DNA of 64,000 nucleotides from Pristiophorus japonicus (lineage: Eukaryota), in NCBI RefSeq assembly GCF_044704955.1, contig NC_091988.1, positions 160,146,001-160,210,000 of the forward strand, read 5' to 3'. Both the position numbers and the translations under genes were made by a program. A model generated the notes under the pieces. That model saw only the letters and a list, made by a program, of their open reading frames with translations. It was not told the origin of the DNA and did no database searches. Numbering within the stretch: the stretch's first letter is position 1; each line of letters opens with the position of its first letter. Positions 24,461-39,400 of this stretch are shown piece after piece.

Positions 24461-27400
24461 CTCAACATTCAACAACAACAACAACTTGTGTTTATATAGC
24501 GCCTTTAATGTAGTATAACATCCCAAGGCGCTTCATAGGGCCATTATAAAACAAAAACTGACCCGCCCATCCTGCACTGTTCGATCCCAAATTTACTGCC
24601 GCATTCATATTAGCAAACGCCAGAACGTTAAAAACCAGCCTGGGAAAAGCGCAAATCGTGCACCGTATTTTTAAGTCCCTCTTAAGTATGACAATTAATG
24701 TTTGACATCATCAAACCATCATATACACATGTTAGGTACAGCATGTCTTTTAAAATGCACCTGTGGAAGCTTTATCATTTTTAATGTGAGGCATTCTGAT
24801 GCCATAAATACAGAACCGTCACTTGTCGTCATCATCATAGGCAGTCCCTCAGGGTCGAGGATGACTTGCTTCCATACTAAAAATGAGTACTCGGGTGACT
24901 GATGAATTCATTTTAAACGTGGAAGATGTCTGTGCATGAATTCTTTTAACATGGGGTGGCTATTGCACATCAGCCACCACACGGGCTTGACAGAGCAAGG
25001 TCTTGATCCAGTGGTAAGGGGATCCAAGACAACTGGAGACTAGGCTCTGTTGCATGTGCCAATACATACACACAAACTCAAACATACTCCTCCTGTCCTC
25101 CTTCCCACAGGACCTCTCTCTATGTGGAATTCATAGTACGTAGTGTGAGCCTCATGACCTCACAGCCTCATTTTTGGCCCGTGCTGCACTTTCCCTTGGT
25201 CTTGACCATGCTGCTCCACCTCTGGACTCTGAGCCTCGTCCGTCCTCTCCACTTCCGATCTCCGGACCTCGCCCGTCCAGACGTCGCCGGTCCCTCCTTC
25301 CGCTCCTCACCGCTTCCAACCTCCGCTCCTCGTCACTTTCGAGAACAGTTGCTAGGATGCTTGAAGTTAACATGGACCAAGGGGCTGACACTGCTAGTGG
25401 CAGTAACTACCCGTTGTACTGTTAAGCCCCCCTACCTTTGCCTCCTTCCGTGCTGCCTTATAGTAAGAGTGCCCTGTGGCCTTCTCACGTGCCTCAAACT
25501 GCATCACCTCTACTTTGCTCGCCATCAAACAGATGATTGGAGTGTTGTGCCACTCCATCACTTGGCCATTTACTTGATTTCTTGTTGCCATATTTCTTAT
25601 GACAATCACTGGGTTTTACCAAGCATTCACAAATGCTGAAATTATAGTTTTTTTAAAAAGCCAACCTTTATAATCGCCATAAATATTTTTATTGCCACAT
25701 ACACCTGCTTGTCTTTAACTGGCAACATTACTTCAAATTTACCCATTCCACCCCCCCCCCCCCCCAGTAAAGCTTCCTGCACACAGTTTTCCCATCCCTT
25801 CACCCTTTCAGTGAGCTAATGCCAGGTCCAGTGTGGGCTGGAGCTTGCCTATAATATGTAAGTGAAGCTAACCCTGCATACGAATAGTCTCTGCCTGCTC
25901 TGGCCCAAATTGAAAAATCACCCAATTGTCTTGGTATACTCATACAGTCAATAAAGGCTTCTTTCTCAGATCTGAAAGTATTGGTTTTAATCTTAACTAA
26001 ACAATGTCATCTGATTTCTAGCTCTACTCACATTGGGTTTAACATTAACGATTTAGATGAAGGAATTGAGTGTAATATCTCCAAGTTTGTGGATGACACT
26101 AAACTAGGTGGTGGTGTGAGCTGTGAGGAGGGCGCTAAGAGGCTGCAGGGTGACTTGGACAGGTTAGGTGAGTGGACAAATGTGTGGCAGATGCAGTATA
26201 ATGTGGATAAATGTGAGGTTATCCATTTTGGGGGCAAAAACACAAAGGCAGAATATTATCTGGATGGCGGCAGATTAGGAAAAGGGGAGGTGCAACGAGA
26301 CCTGGGTGTCATGGTTCATCAGTCACTGAAAGTGGGCATGCAGGTACAGCAGGCGGTGAAGAAGGCAAATGGTATGTTGGCCTTCATAGCTAGGGGATTT
26401 GAGTATAGGAGCAGGGAGGTCTTACTGGAATTGTACAGGACCTTAGTGAGGCCTCACCTGGAATATTGTGTTCAGTTTTGGTCTCCTAGTCTGAGGAAGG
26501 ATGTTTTTGCTATTGACGGAGTGCAGCGAAGGTTCACCAGACTGATTCCAGGGATGGCTGGGCTGTCATATGAGGAGAGACTGGATCAACTGGGCCTTTA
26601 TTCACTGGAGTTTAGAAGGATGATAGGGGATCTCATAGAAACATATAAGATTCTGACGGCACTGGACAGGTTAGATGCGGGAAGAATGTTCCCGATGTTG
26701 GGGAAGTCTAGAACCAGGGGACATAGTCTTAGGATAAGGTGTAGGCCATTTAGGACTGAGATGAGGAGAAACTTCTTCACTGAGTTGTTAACATATGGAA
26801 TTCCCTGCCGCAGAGAGTTGTTGATGCCAGTTCATTGGATATATTCAAAAGGGAGTTAGATATGGCCCTTAACCACTAAGGGGATCAAGGGGTATGGAGA
26901 GAAAGCAGGAAAGGGGTACTGAGGGCATGATTAGCCACGGTGCAGGCTCGAATGGCCTACTCCTGCACCTATTTTCTATGTTTCTATAAATTTGTGTTAT
27001 CTTTAGGGGTGCAAGAAAAAGGACATTGACTGTTTCCGATGATTTCGGCCCGTGTTTGTTTTTCTAATTTGAGTATTTTCTAATTCGAATAGTTGGAACT
27101 GTCCAATAAAACCAGTCCGATCAACAGCAGAAAACTTATCTGCTTTGTTTATAATGTAGGGGATCCAAAGGAAAATTGTTGTGGAAGACTATTTTCAGCA
27201 TTTTTATATGGTGCATTTTGACATTATTTGTGAGAGACCCTGAAATAAATTGTACTCTTTTGCTGGAAATAAATGAGATTTCACAAATTGTCAAGTCTAG
27301 AAATGAATTTTGATGAAATTGGGCAAGGTATAATACTTCACTTGTCCTCACAGCAGGGGAAAATGTACAATTGATGGGTGCTGAAATAGTTTGTTATTAT

Positions 27401-30400
27401 TGAGTGTATTGCTGAAATAGTTGGCATTTATATACCAGTTTTAACTATTAAACACAAAACTACACAACAACTTGCATTTATATAACAAATGTAACATCGT
27501 AAAACATTCAACAAGAAGAGGAATACATTCAAGAGATTGCAAGCATGTTCCTTTTGAGTTATGCTACACTTGAGCTGCTGTTACCCACAGCTTGTCTTGA
27601 TTCTTATTTCTAGCATTTGATTTGTTTTATTGTTTTGTCGTTTTCAGTGTATTTTGAAACCTATGGGTGTCAAATGAATGTTAATGACACAGAAATTGCT
27701 TGGGCCATCCTCCAGAAAAATGGTTATGTGAAAGCCAGCAGCTGTACTGAGGTAAACTACATTAATATAAAACAATTATTGTTGATCTATGGCTATTACT
27801 TTAGACATTAAACCACATCGTAGGCAAACCCAAAGTCTATTGGAAACAGAGCTTTACAATACCTCATATAACAAGTCATTTTTTAAAATGTAAGCTTTAA
27901 AATTAGTTGTATTAAAATAATTTGTTTGTCTTGGGTGAAGTGGGGAGATAATACATGAATAATGACCAGAGTTAACTGAATGTCAAAATTCGATGTGCGT
28001 CTCTGTTTCTGGAATTGTCAGATCAGAATCTGATCTCGTCATTTGGGTTATTACCACGAATCTCAAAATGTAAATACTTGCAAACTTGTTGAACCCTCGG
28101 GAGTTGTTCTCAGAACTAATTTGTTGAATGTACCGGGCAAGTGTCAAAAGCAATCAAAACGCAGCACAAAAACTGTGTGTCTATTCACAGTCTTCAATCT
28201 AAAAAGTAACATTGATTAGTAGATAATTATCTGCCTAGTGTTGTAGAACTCCTTTGATCTTGTGTGTTGTATTCTGCCTTGGAGACAGAGAGGAATTATG
28301 TAGTAAGTATCAATTTTTCTCTGTTTCATCAGTTATTTATATGACTTGTCAATTTTTGCATTGTAGCAGTGGGAGGGGTTATGTGGGGCTGAAGAACCCA
28401 TATGATCTTTAGCCACAACTACGTTAAAAGTTTAAAAAAATTATTTTCAGAATCAGTTTAAGTATTATGGAAATCCAGCATTGTATTCCTGATTATTGTC
28501 TGGAATCTCTTGCTTATATGTAATCTTATTCCTTGCAAATAAATTTGACTCGCAGTTTTTCCCCGATCTGTACAATGTGCACAGGAGTACATGGTGGGCA
28601 CTGCGCAGAACCTCTGGTGTGAATTATTGTGATTAAAAAGGTGACGATTAATCCTGTGGAACATTATTCCCACTCGTTGGAGTTCAGAAGGATGAGGGGT
28701 GATCTTATAGAAACATTTAAAATAATGAAAGGGATAGACAAGATAGAGGCAGAGAGGTTGTTTCCACTGGTCGGGGAGACTAGAACTAGGGGGCACATCC
28801 TCAAAATATGGGGGAGCCAATTTAAAACCGAGTTGAGAAGGAATTTCTTCTCCCAGAGGGTTGTGAATCTGTGGAATTCTCTGCCCAAGGAAGCAGTTGA
28901 GGCTAGCTCATTGAATGTATTCAAATCACAGATAGATAGATTTTTAACCAATAAGGGAATTAAGGGTTATGGGGAGCAGGCGGGTAAGTGGAGCTGAGTC
29001 CACGGCCAGATCAGCCATGATCTTGTTGAATGGCGGAGCAGGCTCGAGGGGCTAGATGACCTACTCCTGTTCCTAATTCTTATGTTCTTATGTACTCCAT
29101 GCATAAGATTGCAAATTGCAGATCACAGCAAACAGCACAGCAAGAGAGTTAGGAGAAACTCTGAATTGTGCCACAAAAGTTATCTGATTTTCACATTGTT
29201 GGCCTCTACAGATGTAATGAGGCTTCACTTCTCCAATAGTTTACTTGCTAGTTTTCCTGTTTTCACCCTCCATAAGCTAAAACAGGATCAAAATGCCACT
29301 GCCATCTGCACAAAACACCCCATTTCCATTGTTCCCAACCCCAGTAAGCTCCATTGACTTCCTATGACCCAGTCAACTGATTTTTAAGGTCCTCATTCTA
29401 CATAGCTTTATCCCCCTAACCTTGGTGATCTCCAGCCGTCCTTCACAGCACACATCCTCCACTCCACCAATATTAACTATCTGCTTGTTTCCCTCACCCT
29501 TCTGCGATCAGTCAATGTTCCAGATCCTGTGCCTCGGCTCTCTGGAACTCAACATCTCTGCTTGGTCACCTCTTTACTGCTTTCTAAAGCTACCTAAAAT
29601 CCTTTCTGTACAGCTTTGCCACCCTCCCCTCCCCCATCCCCACCAACTCTCCTCTGCTTTCTGCTCAGTACTGATGGCCAGTAATAGTGTAATTGTGTGT
29701 AAATCTTAATATTGTGATTTTGCAACATAAAATTGTCAGGATTTCGCTATTCAGATTATAAGCACTTTTGCTTAATAAATATGCTCAGTGCCCTCTAACA
29801 GTTAAGTTTTTTTTAATGGACTTTTCAGTTTACTTTTATACTTGAGAGAGAAATCTATCAGATTAATTTCAGTACAGGTATTACAATATGCAATATAATA
29901 AATTGTTGAATGACATTTAAAATCCAATAAAGTGATGTTTCTGCCATGAATCATTGCATAACCTTCTCTCAGTTTGGAAGCATTATTTTTGATACGTGAC
30001 ATTCCACCAATCTTCTTTATAAAGAATTAGCTGGAACAGGCAAAACCACAAGTGTGTGTTACAAGACAGCAGCACCTCCCTGGTTCAGATGATTTTGTGC
30101 TTTGCTATTGTGGGAGGTCATCTGAATCTTTATCATGTATTCCAACAAGACTTCAGTTCAGATGTGTGGTGCAATCACAGGAGGCTGTCATTTGCCATGA
30201 AACTTGTCAGAAACAAGGGAATAAAGTTTCACCCAAGAACAGAATAAAACCACTCGCTTCACCTGTATGTGTTTAATGCAGTAATAGGCTAGTGTGTGGT
30301 GCAGGGCCACGAAACTTGTTTGGGTTTGAATTATGTTGATAAACTGGTCAATATTTATGTTCCTGCCTGGCACAATAATCAATTCTATGTGTTAGCTCAT

Positions 30401-33400
30401 TGTTTCAGGGTATGGCTGCAACACTGGGCTATAACTGTATAAAGTACACTCTGTACATGATTACTTTGCATTTCTATTCATTATTGATCGAATGAGTTCT
30501 CGAGAACCATTCTGACTTGTATTTCTTTTGTTGCAGGCAGATGTGATTTTACTCGTAACATGTTCAATCAGGTATCTTTTTCCATAATCTTTGTATTATT
30601 TTATGCATTAACACTGTTTTAATCAGTATTTCTGAAGTTGTCTTTGCAAGTATTACATTGAATATACAGCATAGAAACCGGCCATTCGGCCCAACCAGTC
30701 CGTGTTTATGCTCCACTCATGCCTCCTCTCGTCTTTCCTCGCCTCCTCCCATCTTTCCTCATCTAACTATCAGCATAACCCTCTATTTGCTTATTTGTCA
30801 TCTGCTTATCTATTCTCCCCTTAAATGCATCCATACTATTTGCTTCAACCACTCCCTGTGGAGCGAGTTCCACATTCTCACCACTCTGGGTAAATAAATT
30901 TCTCCTTATTCCCCTATTTGACTTCTTGGTGACTAGCTTATATTGATGGCCTCTAGTTTTTCTCTTCACCACAAGTGGAAACATTCTCTCTTATCCACTC
31001 TATCAAAACCTTTCATAATTTTAAAGACCTCTATCCAGTCACCCCTCAGCCTTCTCTTTTCAAGAGAAAGGAGACCCAGCCTGTTCATCCTTTCCTGATA
31101 GGTATCTATTGCTAACAGTTGTATATCCAACTTAATCTCATTCAGATACATTGTAGGGTAAATTTTACAAGAACACCTGTTCTGGCAGGGTATTGCGGGC
31201 ATTGGTTGCAAAATCAAGCACCTTGCCTCCCACCACTGATTTCTGGGATAAAAAATAAGGCTGTGCTGGCAATGTGCACACAGATGCAAGATCTTCCTTA
31301 CATTGGCCATCCAGCCGAAAGGAAATTGAAGACCTCTTTATTAGCTGCTACCTACATGTTGGATGAGGGAGGGAAATCATTTTAAGACAACCATGGGGAG
31401 ACTGCAACGTTGGTGTAGCACAATGATAAAGATAAGTTGTGAATGTAACATAAGACTTTACTTTTAATTGCAGGGAGAAGGCAGAGCAGACCATCTGGAA
31501 CAGGTTGAAGCAGCTTGCATCCCTGAAATCCAAGCGGACAAAGTCTCAAGTTCCACTTAAAATAGGAATTTTAGGTAAGTTGGTCTCTCTAATGTTCTTG
31601 ATACAGACATATAGGTAACCAGGCAGGTAATCCATCTATCTCATTTTGTATCTGTGTATGAAAGTTGTCCAGTCCTTTTTAACTAATCCAATCAAATCAT
31701 CCATGAAGAGATTTTAGATAGAATCATGGAAGTTTACAGCACAGAAGGAGGCCATTCCGGTCCGGTCCATGAGCTCCTGACAATGGTTGTCGGAGGTAAG
31801 GGTGAGGGCGACAGGGGAGAGGGTTTGGCAGTGGAGAATAGAAGCCAGGGTTTATCTTTACATTCCGGAATGGCTAAACCAGTTGTCTGCCATATTCCTT
31901 CAAGTCTGCGTCCCTTGGATTTAAAGGAGCAAAGATCGGGGCTGTACCAGGGAGAACGGCCGGGGTGAGAGGGAGTAATTGTTTTAACGGGGACTAGGGC
32001 ATCAAAGGTGGTGGTGAGGGTGTGATTGAGCAGATTGGTAGCTGCAGAAATGTCATGGTGAATGGAAAGCCAAAGGCTGGACAGTTGGGAGTTGATAAGT
32101 GCAGCTGTAAGAGAGTCGACGGGGAAGAGTTTTTTTCCGGGGCGGACACAGGAGGAGATAGGGTTGGGGGTGGAGGGTTGGAAGGGGGCAATTCGAGGAA
32201 GTGGTCAGAGATGGCCTTATCTGTGATTAACATGGTGGGAGTAGCAAGGCCATGAGAGATGGCAAGGTCAAGGGGGTGGCTGTGAATATGGGTTGGGGAG
32301 TTTACATGGAGGGAGAGATTAAGGGAGGATATGAGGCTAGTGAACTCAGAGGAGAGAGAAAGCATGATGAATTAAGATGGAGTTGAAATCACTGAGGATG
32401 AGAAGTCATTTGGTGCAGAGGGAGAAAAGTGGTGAAGAAATAAAACATTTATGGTACTCGGGTAGGCCCTAGAGAACGAGAATTTGAAACGCAGAATTCG
32501 CACAGACAGCGAACAAGAAACTGAGTAAGCTTTTAAAATTCTAGCTTAAAAAATTTTCGAGAGCAAAACAAATAATGGGGAAAAGACAAACCTGCAATAA
32601 AGATGAACAACATTTAAAAACATTTAAAGTGTCTTAATTTTAATTAAAATGATAAATTTCACACTACATAACATTAACATTAGATTTACAGGCCCACAAC
32701 ATTTGTTTAGCAGTCAATATGCTGTTAAACCCCCAGTTACACCTAATCCCTTTGGGTCTAACTTTTGGTGGGGAATTTAACAGCGTAATTACCGTGGAAG
32801 AGCCAAAGTTTTTGTCAGTTTCCCTGATGTGATTTCACTGATTGCCGGCTCTTTGCGGGGCGGGTTGGTGAGGACGGTGGGGCAGAACATAGCCTTTATC
32901 GGAGCTGTGAATGACAGTCCACAACTTCAGGACTTCCACATGCGCCTGCACAGGCGACAAATCCCGAAGTTATGGTCAGTTTCAAAGGCAGAATGACGGC
33001 GAACGCTGCCAGTTCACCATCATCCAGACCGCAAATTCCAGGCCATCACTTACAGGGTGTTGAGTTGTCTATCTAGAGCCAAAGCAGTACACATCAGAAA
33101 AGGTTAGAAGGAATATTGAAGGAAACAAGAGTGACCCACTGATGGCGTTCACATGGGGATAACCTACATCTATAATAAATTTATGTATGTAATGCATTCC
33201 TTGTAATTCTGTCATGCCTCTGACATTTCAATATGATTTTCCCATTGTCAACCTACCTGTTGCGATCATGCACATTTGAATAGTGCGTCATATAGGTATG
33301 AAGATCTGTTGCTCCTAAAGCAACAGATCTTCATACCTATATGACGCACTATTCAGATAGCGGGGATGGAAAACTGGAATGGGGAGCAACATCGGTCCAG

Positions 33401-36400
33401 CAGATGATGACAAGCAGTCGTGCCAGGACCGGTGGAAGCAGTGGTTATCAGGCTGGTGCTCTCGGCCAGCTTGCCCGCCGGGCAGTTTTCAGTTTTATGA
33501 AGAGCAGTGGGGGAAAAATGCCATTCCACAACAGGCTGGTAACTGATGCAGCAGTCAGCTGAAAACAGCCAGGGTGCAAAGGAGTGTGAGGGGCGCTCTC
33601 TAGAATTGGGAGGTTTTGGGGCGCAAAGGCAGTGGGTAGCCAAGCCAATGGCCCAAGGAAATAAATTTTGGGGGCAAAAATCTCCTAGAGGGGGACAAAT
33701 AAGAGGTTAGTATTATTTGCAGTTAAAATATAAATTTAAAAACTTGGAAACTAAACAAAGTAAAGCAACCATCTTGTAAATCAGAAATTTATCATGCTGG
33801 AGAGGAACTGCTCTGACGTACCGCATAGTGGCCAGAATCTGCAACTGCAGGCTGGCTCAAAGCTGTTTTTTAAAACCATATTCTCACTATTAAAGAGCAG
33901 CATTTGTGTCATACTAGGGGATCTACATTGTGACTGAAAACACATCATTGCACCACCTATAGGTTTAACGGATATTGCTCGTAATGTGGACACCTTTCAT
34001 AAAGGGATTTCCTGTTGGAGATGGTTGACTGGAGTGTTCAATGCAACCAGCACCAAAAAATCCTGAATTTAATCCTGAAACAAAACACATGCAATATTTG
34101 GGTTTAAAGACACTGGTTCATTTTTGTTCTGGTTATTAACTTTATCTGCGGCTTGTGGCTTCATTGTTATCGAACAGTGTACATTATTTTCTCTGGATAG
34201 TAATATTTGATTTGAATGTAGCCACAGATGTTTCAATAATGTAGGTCCAGTATAAACTTTTACAGTGTTTAAAATTAAATTGCGTGTAAATGCTGAAAGT
34301 TTAGAAGTGATCACAACATGACCTCTAATTAAAAACAGAATAGATCATACTTTTGTTATAAAAGAAATCACCATTTTTAACCAAGATTTGAATCAGTTAT
34401 AATAGAAAAGTGTAAAATATCTGCTTACGCTTATGATTTGCAATAATTGAATCAGAATATGCCTGCACTACTGAAACATCCAATAGTGCACATTGTTAAA
34501 TAAACATTTCTTTGTTTAAAACATATCCATTCTGGTGAAAATGATGCAATAATTTAAAAATGTAGAAGTGTGGGGTTGCATAATGACATGAATTACTCAC
34601 TTTTAAATTCTTTGAAAGCTGAAATTGAGCGGATTAATACTATTCCTGTATTATGGCGATAGGCTGCATGGCTGAGAGACTGAAAGAGGAGATCCTGGAG
34701 AAAGAGAAGCTTGTCGATGTACTTGCTGGACCAGATGCATACCGCGATCTTCCAAGACTCCTGACGGTGGCCGGCGCAGGACAAAAGGCTGTGAATGTTT
34801 TATTGTCATTGGATGAGACCTATGCAGACGTCATGCCAGTTCAAGTCAACTCTGAGACAAAGTCTGCTTTTATGTATGTGTAATCTCAATTTACTCATTT
34901 ATATTTTGGAATGGGAGCCGTAACGTACTGATCGAAGTACATGCTGATCCTTTGCAACCAGTCCATTAAGAGGCAAGCAAGGATATCGGGGAACTGTAGG
35001 GAAAGCACCATACCATCACTTAATAATTCTCAGGTGGAACAAGTAAGATCATAAATTTGCCATGTTTGGAACTGCAGGTGTGTTACTGACCCCAGTACTT
35101 TAGGGCAACAGGCATGATTCAGAAATTGCTATGTTACTGGGCTTCTCTCATTTTAGATGTGTTAACAATATTTGATTGGTGATGATGTGACAGGAAGCTA
35201 TGTTAAACTCGTATAGATCCTTGGTTAGACTGCACTTGGAGTACTGTGAACAGTTCTGGTCTCCATATTATTAAAAGGATATAGAGACACTGGAGAAGGT
35301 GCAGAAAAGATTCACTATAATGATACCAGAACTGAGAGGTTATGCCTATCAGGAAAGATTGAACAGGCTGGGGCTCTTTTCTCTATTATAGGTTTTTAAG
35401 ATTCTGAAAGGAAATGACAGGGTTAATCGAGAAGATATCTGCACTTGTAGATGAGACCAGAACTAGAGGTCATAAATATAAGATAGTCACTAATAAATTC
35501 AATAGAGAATTCAGAAGAAGTTTCTTGACCCAGAGAGTGGTTAGAATGTGGAATTCACTACTACAAAGAATAGTTGAGGTGAATAGCAGATGTGGAAGCT
35601 AGATTATCAAATGAGGGAGAAAGGAATAGAAGTATCTGCGGATAGGGTTGGATGAAGAAAGGTGTGCGGAGGTTCATGTGGAGCATAAACACCACATGGA
35701 CCTGTTGGGTCGAATGGCCAGTTTCTGTGCTGTAAATACTTTGCAATAGTTTTGTTTTCAGAACCCATTTAATACTTTCCCATTTTCAAAAATTTAGAGC
35801 CGCAAAAGCTTTTTTAAAAAAAACAGTATTCCTATTGGCTGCAGAGATATAAAAGGTATTACGTTCTGGTTTCCCCCCACCCAGAGAATACCGTTGCCAT
35901 TGATCTTTTTATTTTATAATTTATACTCCCTCTTTCCCTTTTGAACTTGAAGTAGTATCCACTATTCCTGTTTGGTTAAGGAGAGTGGTCAGACAGTAGG
36001 ACTTGCAGAAGAATGTCACCATGTGATTTGTCTCTATGAAAGAGTGCCGAGCTTCTGCTTGATGCTCCATCATCGTGAAGTGGCTGAGATCATAGTCTCC
36101 ATGCGATGAATCTCGGTGCTGAGCTCTGTATCTCACTGCTTTGTCTCAAAGCATAGTGGAGATAAACTTTTCAGCGCTAGGGTGCTTCCATACTCTATTA
36201 AAGTTTGTTTAAATATTCAGCAGTACCGTATATTATATAGGTGTTACTGCTCTCCAGGGGTAATTACTAGGGGGAGACTAGCATGGATAAAACTGAACAG
36301 ACTCTAGCTAAAAGCAAGTGTTTCTCTTGTTCTAGCTCTATCATGCGGGGGTGCAACAACATGTGTAGCTATTGTATTGTTCCTTTCACCCGAGGACGGG

Positions 36401-39400
36401 AGAGAAGCAGACCCATTGCTTCTATTTTACAAGAAATCAGAATGCTTTCAGATCAGGTAACCCCAGTTGTGAATGCTTAAGATTTATAAAGCTTTGACCT
36501 TAAACCAGAAAGGAAGGTGCAGTGAGATTAAAATTGTATATATTCTTGCCCATTCGATATTCAAAAAAAATAACTGAGAAATTGTTCTTGACTTTTTGTT
36601 GAAACGACATGCCAGATCAGATCTTCTTTCCACAGAGCTGCTCTGAAGTCACAGATTGCAAGATGCCCCAAGCAATTCCATTGAAATCAGCAGCTAGGAA
36701 GTGTTATCAGCCTAGAGGTGTACCTGACTGGTAGCATGCTTCATAAACAAAAGCAAAATACTGTGGATGCTGGAATCTGAAATAAAAACAGAAAATGCTG
36801 GAAATCTTAGCAGGTCAGGCAGCATCTGTGGAGAGAAACACATGTTTCCTGTTTATTGGCTAAGGATCAGCTCCTAGGCCAAATTGTCAGAAGTGTTGAA
36901 GCAGTTTACCTAGCTGACCTTTTGGTTGACAAATAATTCACATGGGATAATTAAAGAAGGAAAAGTAACTTCTAAAAGTCACTTCATATAAAACTACTAA
37001 CATTTTTGTCTTGGATGATGCATATTATGTCGAATCTGAAAGTTTACAATAACATAATCTGACTCTAATTTTTAACTGGAACGTGCATAACTTAACTAAA
37101 TGAATATGGAGTAAATTGATTAGGTGAATAAGAAACAGCTGAGAATTTTTTTTAGTTGCAAAATGGAGTGACCAATGAAATGCATGACTTTACCAGTGAT
37201 GCTTGGTTCTTTTAAGCAAATCCATAAATATAATTGGAGTGGAATTCTCCTGAAAGGGGAAAAAACATCAGACAAGCTGGCACCAAGAGTTAACCCGCTG
37301 AAGGACTGTAATCTTTACAGGCTGGAATCCACTTCATGTTCTAGATTCAGCACGTAGTGAATTCTCAGTTTGACATCTGCAGAAGCAGCCAGTTATTGTG
37401 TTTTTTTTCTGTGGACAAGTGATGCAGTGATTTCATGTGTCCCAACTCTGGCTAACCAATTACAAAATTACCATGATGAGACGTGGAAGCCCTGCCTATC
37501 CTCTTGAAGAGTAGCAGGTGTGTTGTGTGAGTGATCATCTATAGGGACTTGTAAAAGCTATTCCAAGATAGGGTGAAGATTAATGTAAGAAAGGTAGATG
37601 GGATTCACAGTAATTAGTATGTGCCTCTTGATTACAGGGAATGAAGGAGGTTACGTTACTGGGGCAGAATGTCAACAGTTACTGTGATACATCGGAGGTT
37701 CCATTTGACATGAAGGAGCCTACACATCTGAGCCGTGGGTTTAGGACCATCTACAGGAATAAACTTGGAGGCTTGCGTTTTGCTGACTTATTAGATCAGG
37801 TTTCGAGAATTGATCCTGAGATGAGAATCCGTTTCACATCTCCTCACCCCAAGGATTTCCCAGATGAGGTATAATAGTTAGTTTTGCACCAAACAGGTGC
37901 AATGTCCCAAATCCGGAACCCCAAAAACCAGACATTTTGCACTTAGCTGATGGAGTTGAACAGACTTGTTGTCCAAAATCCAGACATTTTGCGCATCCCA
38001 GATGCAGTCGTCTGGAATTATTGTCTGAAAACTGGACATTTTTGAGGCAGCCAACAGTGGGGTGGTTCAGTTTAGTAGGAGGAATAAAGAGGCTACTTAC
38101 TGATAAAAAGCGCAGCGCCCGGGTGGCTGTGGGCAGTGGGAATCGGCGAGGAACAGAGTGAATCGGGGAGCGGAGTGAATCGGCGAGCAGCAAGGTCAGA
38201 AATCCAACAAACCCCGAAATATGGCACGGATTCAGTTGAGGATTCCGGATTTCAGACAAGAAAATCAGTAGTCTGAAATCTGGAATCCTCGACCGAATTC
38301 CTGCTGGATTTTGGGTTTTGCCAGATTTTGAACCTCGCCGCTCAAAACCCAGCATGGATTTGGTCGAGGATTCCAGATTTCAGACTGATTTTCTTGTCTG
38401 AAATCTGGAAAAACCCAAAAAGCGGCACGGACACGGTCCTGAGGATTCCGGATTTTGGATGTTATACCTATACCAAAGTTTCTCAAAAGTATTGTGGTAC
38501 TTTCTATAGTTATGCATAAATATATTTTGCAATGGTGTGTCAGCAAAATATCACTTGAGGTTTGATTTTGAAGCAGTTGTACATACTGGAAATTCTGGGA
38601 GCAATGTTCCATGAAGCAAAGGGGAACAAGTCCAAGAAGAAATTATAATTTTAAAATTCTATGATTGATGTATACAGTAGGAAACAATCAGCAGACAAAT
38701 CCAGAGATATCTACTACATGGTCCATCTCAATAAAGAACTCACTGTTACAGCGTTGGACAGGCTTGTAGTAAGCTGGTAGAATCTGATCACATTTTGTTT
38801 ATATTTTAGTTTCACTACTCTTTGCATCTTGTTTGCTATTCTCGTAATAAATTTCAAAAAAATGAAATTTGTGCAACATTTATATCTAACTGCGGATAAC
38901 TGTTCAGTTGAAATCTTTACTTTTTTTCTTTTGGTTCAGTATTTGTTAGTGAGTGATCTATCTTAAATGGTGTTTTTTTTCCCTTTTTTCATTTCCACCT
39001 TCATAGGTTTTACAACTTATCCAGGAGAGAGCCAACATTTGCAAACAGATCCATTTGCCAGCACAGAGTGGGAGCACTGCTGTCCTTACAGCTATGAGAC
39101 GAGGGTAAACCACTTACTGCTAATAGAGTTTATAAAAGTCCCCTGTTAAATAGAGTTCATATTATTGACTTGGAGATTACATAGAATATACAGCACAGAA
39201 ACAGGCCATTTGGCCCAACTAGTCTGCTGGTATTTATACTCCCCAGGATTGGTAGCATTGTTACAATTTAAGGGTGAGGCTATACTGCAGATTATAGCTA
39301 GGTTGTACTCTGTTTACACTGCCTGGCTGAAACTTCCATTTTGCTGCCCAGGAGAAAACTGCATGTGCATTCTTGTTCACAGCTGCTCTTCCAACAATTA

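Noticed and set aside
30572-31473. U12-type intron (donor GTATCTTTT)
   Set aside because: It misses the GTATCCTT consensus and has no clear TCCTTAAC branch point. A PWM score would be needed, so not claimed.
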